Shown here: positions 62,885-64,000 of the stretch, in pieces
Layout: each line of letters opens with the position of its first letter
Numbering within the stretch: position 1 is the first letter of the stretch
Origin: Mustelus asterias
Lineage: Eukaryota
Reading direction: 5' to 3'
Length of the DNA stretch: 64,000 nt
Assembly: GCF_964213995.1 (NCBI RefSeq)
Contig: NC_135802.1
Coordinates: 57,474,001 to 57,538,000, forward strand
Made by a program: the position numbers and the translations under genes
The notes under the pieces: model-generated
Database searches by the model: none
Told to the model about the DNA's origin: nothing
What the model saw: the letters and a program-made list of their open reading frames with translations, nothing else

Positions 62885-64000
62885 GACAAAGGAAGACCTA
62901 AACATTACCTATTGTCACTCTAAGTTGCATCTCTCAAAGCTGAAATGAAGTCATCTGCCGAGCTTCTTAATGGCAGAAAGTGGAAGACACCTTTACCAAG
63001 GAGGATACATTTTCTAAATGACCAGGAGGAAGTAAGGCAACAACTCTTTGATGCGCAGGTGGAAGAAAGTCCACACTTAAAGTGTGCCAAATCCTTTCCT
63101 AAGTTGTTGACAAACTGTGCAGATGTTGTGGGAAAAGTCCACTAGTAGTCAGATCTCGAGATTCCAAAACACAGTTTATTCAACGGAGCTCCGTGGAGAC
63201 AAGGCACAAGTCTGTAGCAAACCTTCTCTCAGTAAAATGACGGGAACGGTCCATCTTTATACTTTTTACACAATAGATGGACCGGAGATTTGAACATTAT
63301 CACATCGTTATAGGCAGATACAAACATTTAACATAGTATTGTTCTCATGAATGGGTACATTTCCTATGTCTGTGGCTATCAATGGTCGGTTTCGGCTCAT
63401 TCAGGTGCTAATCGGTTTTCCTGCATTCATATTTTCCCACTCTTCCTATGACTAATCTACTCCCTTTGTCTCGGGTTTTTTCCCTTACCTAAAAGATGTC
63501 TCGATCCTTGGCTGGCTTCCTGAGGTGTTTGTTAACTTTAAATCACTGTCTGTGATTCTAAATGGCTTGTCTGTTGGGTTTGATTTCAAGTGATCTTTGT
63601 CTAAGTGGAAGCCGGTGTCTGTTTTATGGTTCCTTTCCCAGTTAACTCTTTATGTGCCAGGTTATTCACGGAGGCCCATCTTCTCAACCTTGCCCCTCAT
63701 CTGAGGTTATTTTAAAGTGTGCTTTCCTTACGTTTTTCCCCTTACACAGATATAGGATCCAATCATGATAACTTGAAACCAGCAAAGAAGTGAAGCTGGG
63801 ACTCCATGATCATATGTCATTGAGACTGAAACTGGTAAGTAAAAGGGAAAGAACAGAGTCCATATTCAGCATACACCATAGCTGATCAAGCAGAAAAGGT
63901 CATCAACAACACTAGCAACATCACTGACAAGTGAGACAAGATCAGCAGCAACCAGCAGTGCAACATCAACATCACCAGCAAGTGATACAGCATTAGCACT
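62885..64000 (+). mobile_element. Gypsy-type integrase C-terminal relic, interrupted by a solo LTR
   Basis: KSSAELLNGRKWKTPLP (SPAELLxGR motif); after the LTR, EAGTP*SYVIETETG..KNRVHI (TPRSY..RRNRxH). Confidence 0.65.
63124..63746 (-). mobile_element. Solo LTR (623 bp)
   Basis: TG...CA ends with imperfect terminal inverted repeats; 4-bp TSD CAGA (63120-63123, 63747-63750); minus-strand TATAAA at 63257-63262 and AATAAA at 63175-63180. Confidence 0.85.

Noticed and set aside
61450-64000. EFHB exons expected upstream of RAB5A
   Set aside because: No recognisable EFHB coding sequence; ORF 62945-63145 is a Gypsy relic.
1-64000. CRISPR array or other prokaryotic system
   Set aside because: No regularly spaced repeats or operons; the sequence is intron-containing vertebrate DNA.

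Overview
Vertebrate genomic DNA, almost certainly a shark or other elasmobranch, judged from HE1-type SINEs and HER1/CR1 LINEs. Two protein genes lie tail-to-tail. PP2D1 is on the + strand with two large exons (103-1074 and 9046-10319); its first exon probably lies left of the window. A RAB5 GTPase is on the - strand with five coding exons between 25842 and 50165 (216 aa, CCSN end) and a CpG-island promoter near 60.3-61.0 kb; PP2D1 adjacency points to RAB5A. The rest is mostly retroelements and relics: CR1 LINEs (some young), tRNA-derived SINEs, Penelope-like elements (PLEs), PIF/Harbinger relics, and a Gypsy relic interrupted by a solo LTR. The most notable signals are: (i) minimal hammerhead ribozymes in two PLE families, including an inverted intact pair and a U3-A8 compensatory core variant; (ii) two ~210-245 bp inverted duplications in the PP2D1 intron plus an 89-bp local direct copy; (iii) a UBZ3-like zinc finger on a catalytically degenerate PP2D1; (iv) a RAB5A-locus protein with RAB5C-like N-terminal exons and miR-101/miR-130/Pumilio sites in its 3'UTR. 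Repeat boundaries were read by eye and are approximate. Family names come from motif recognition, not database searches.
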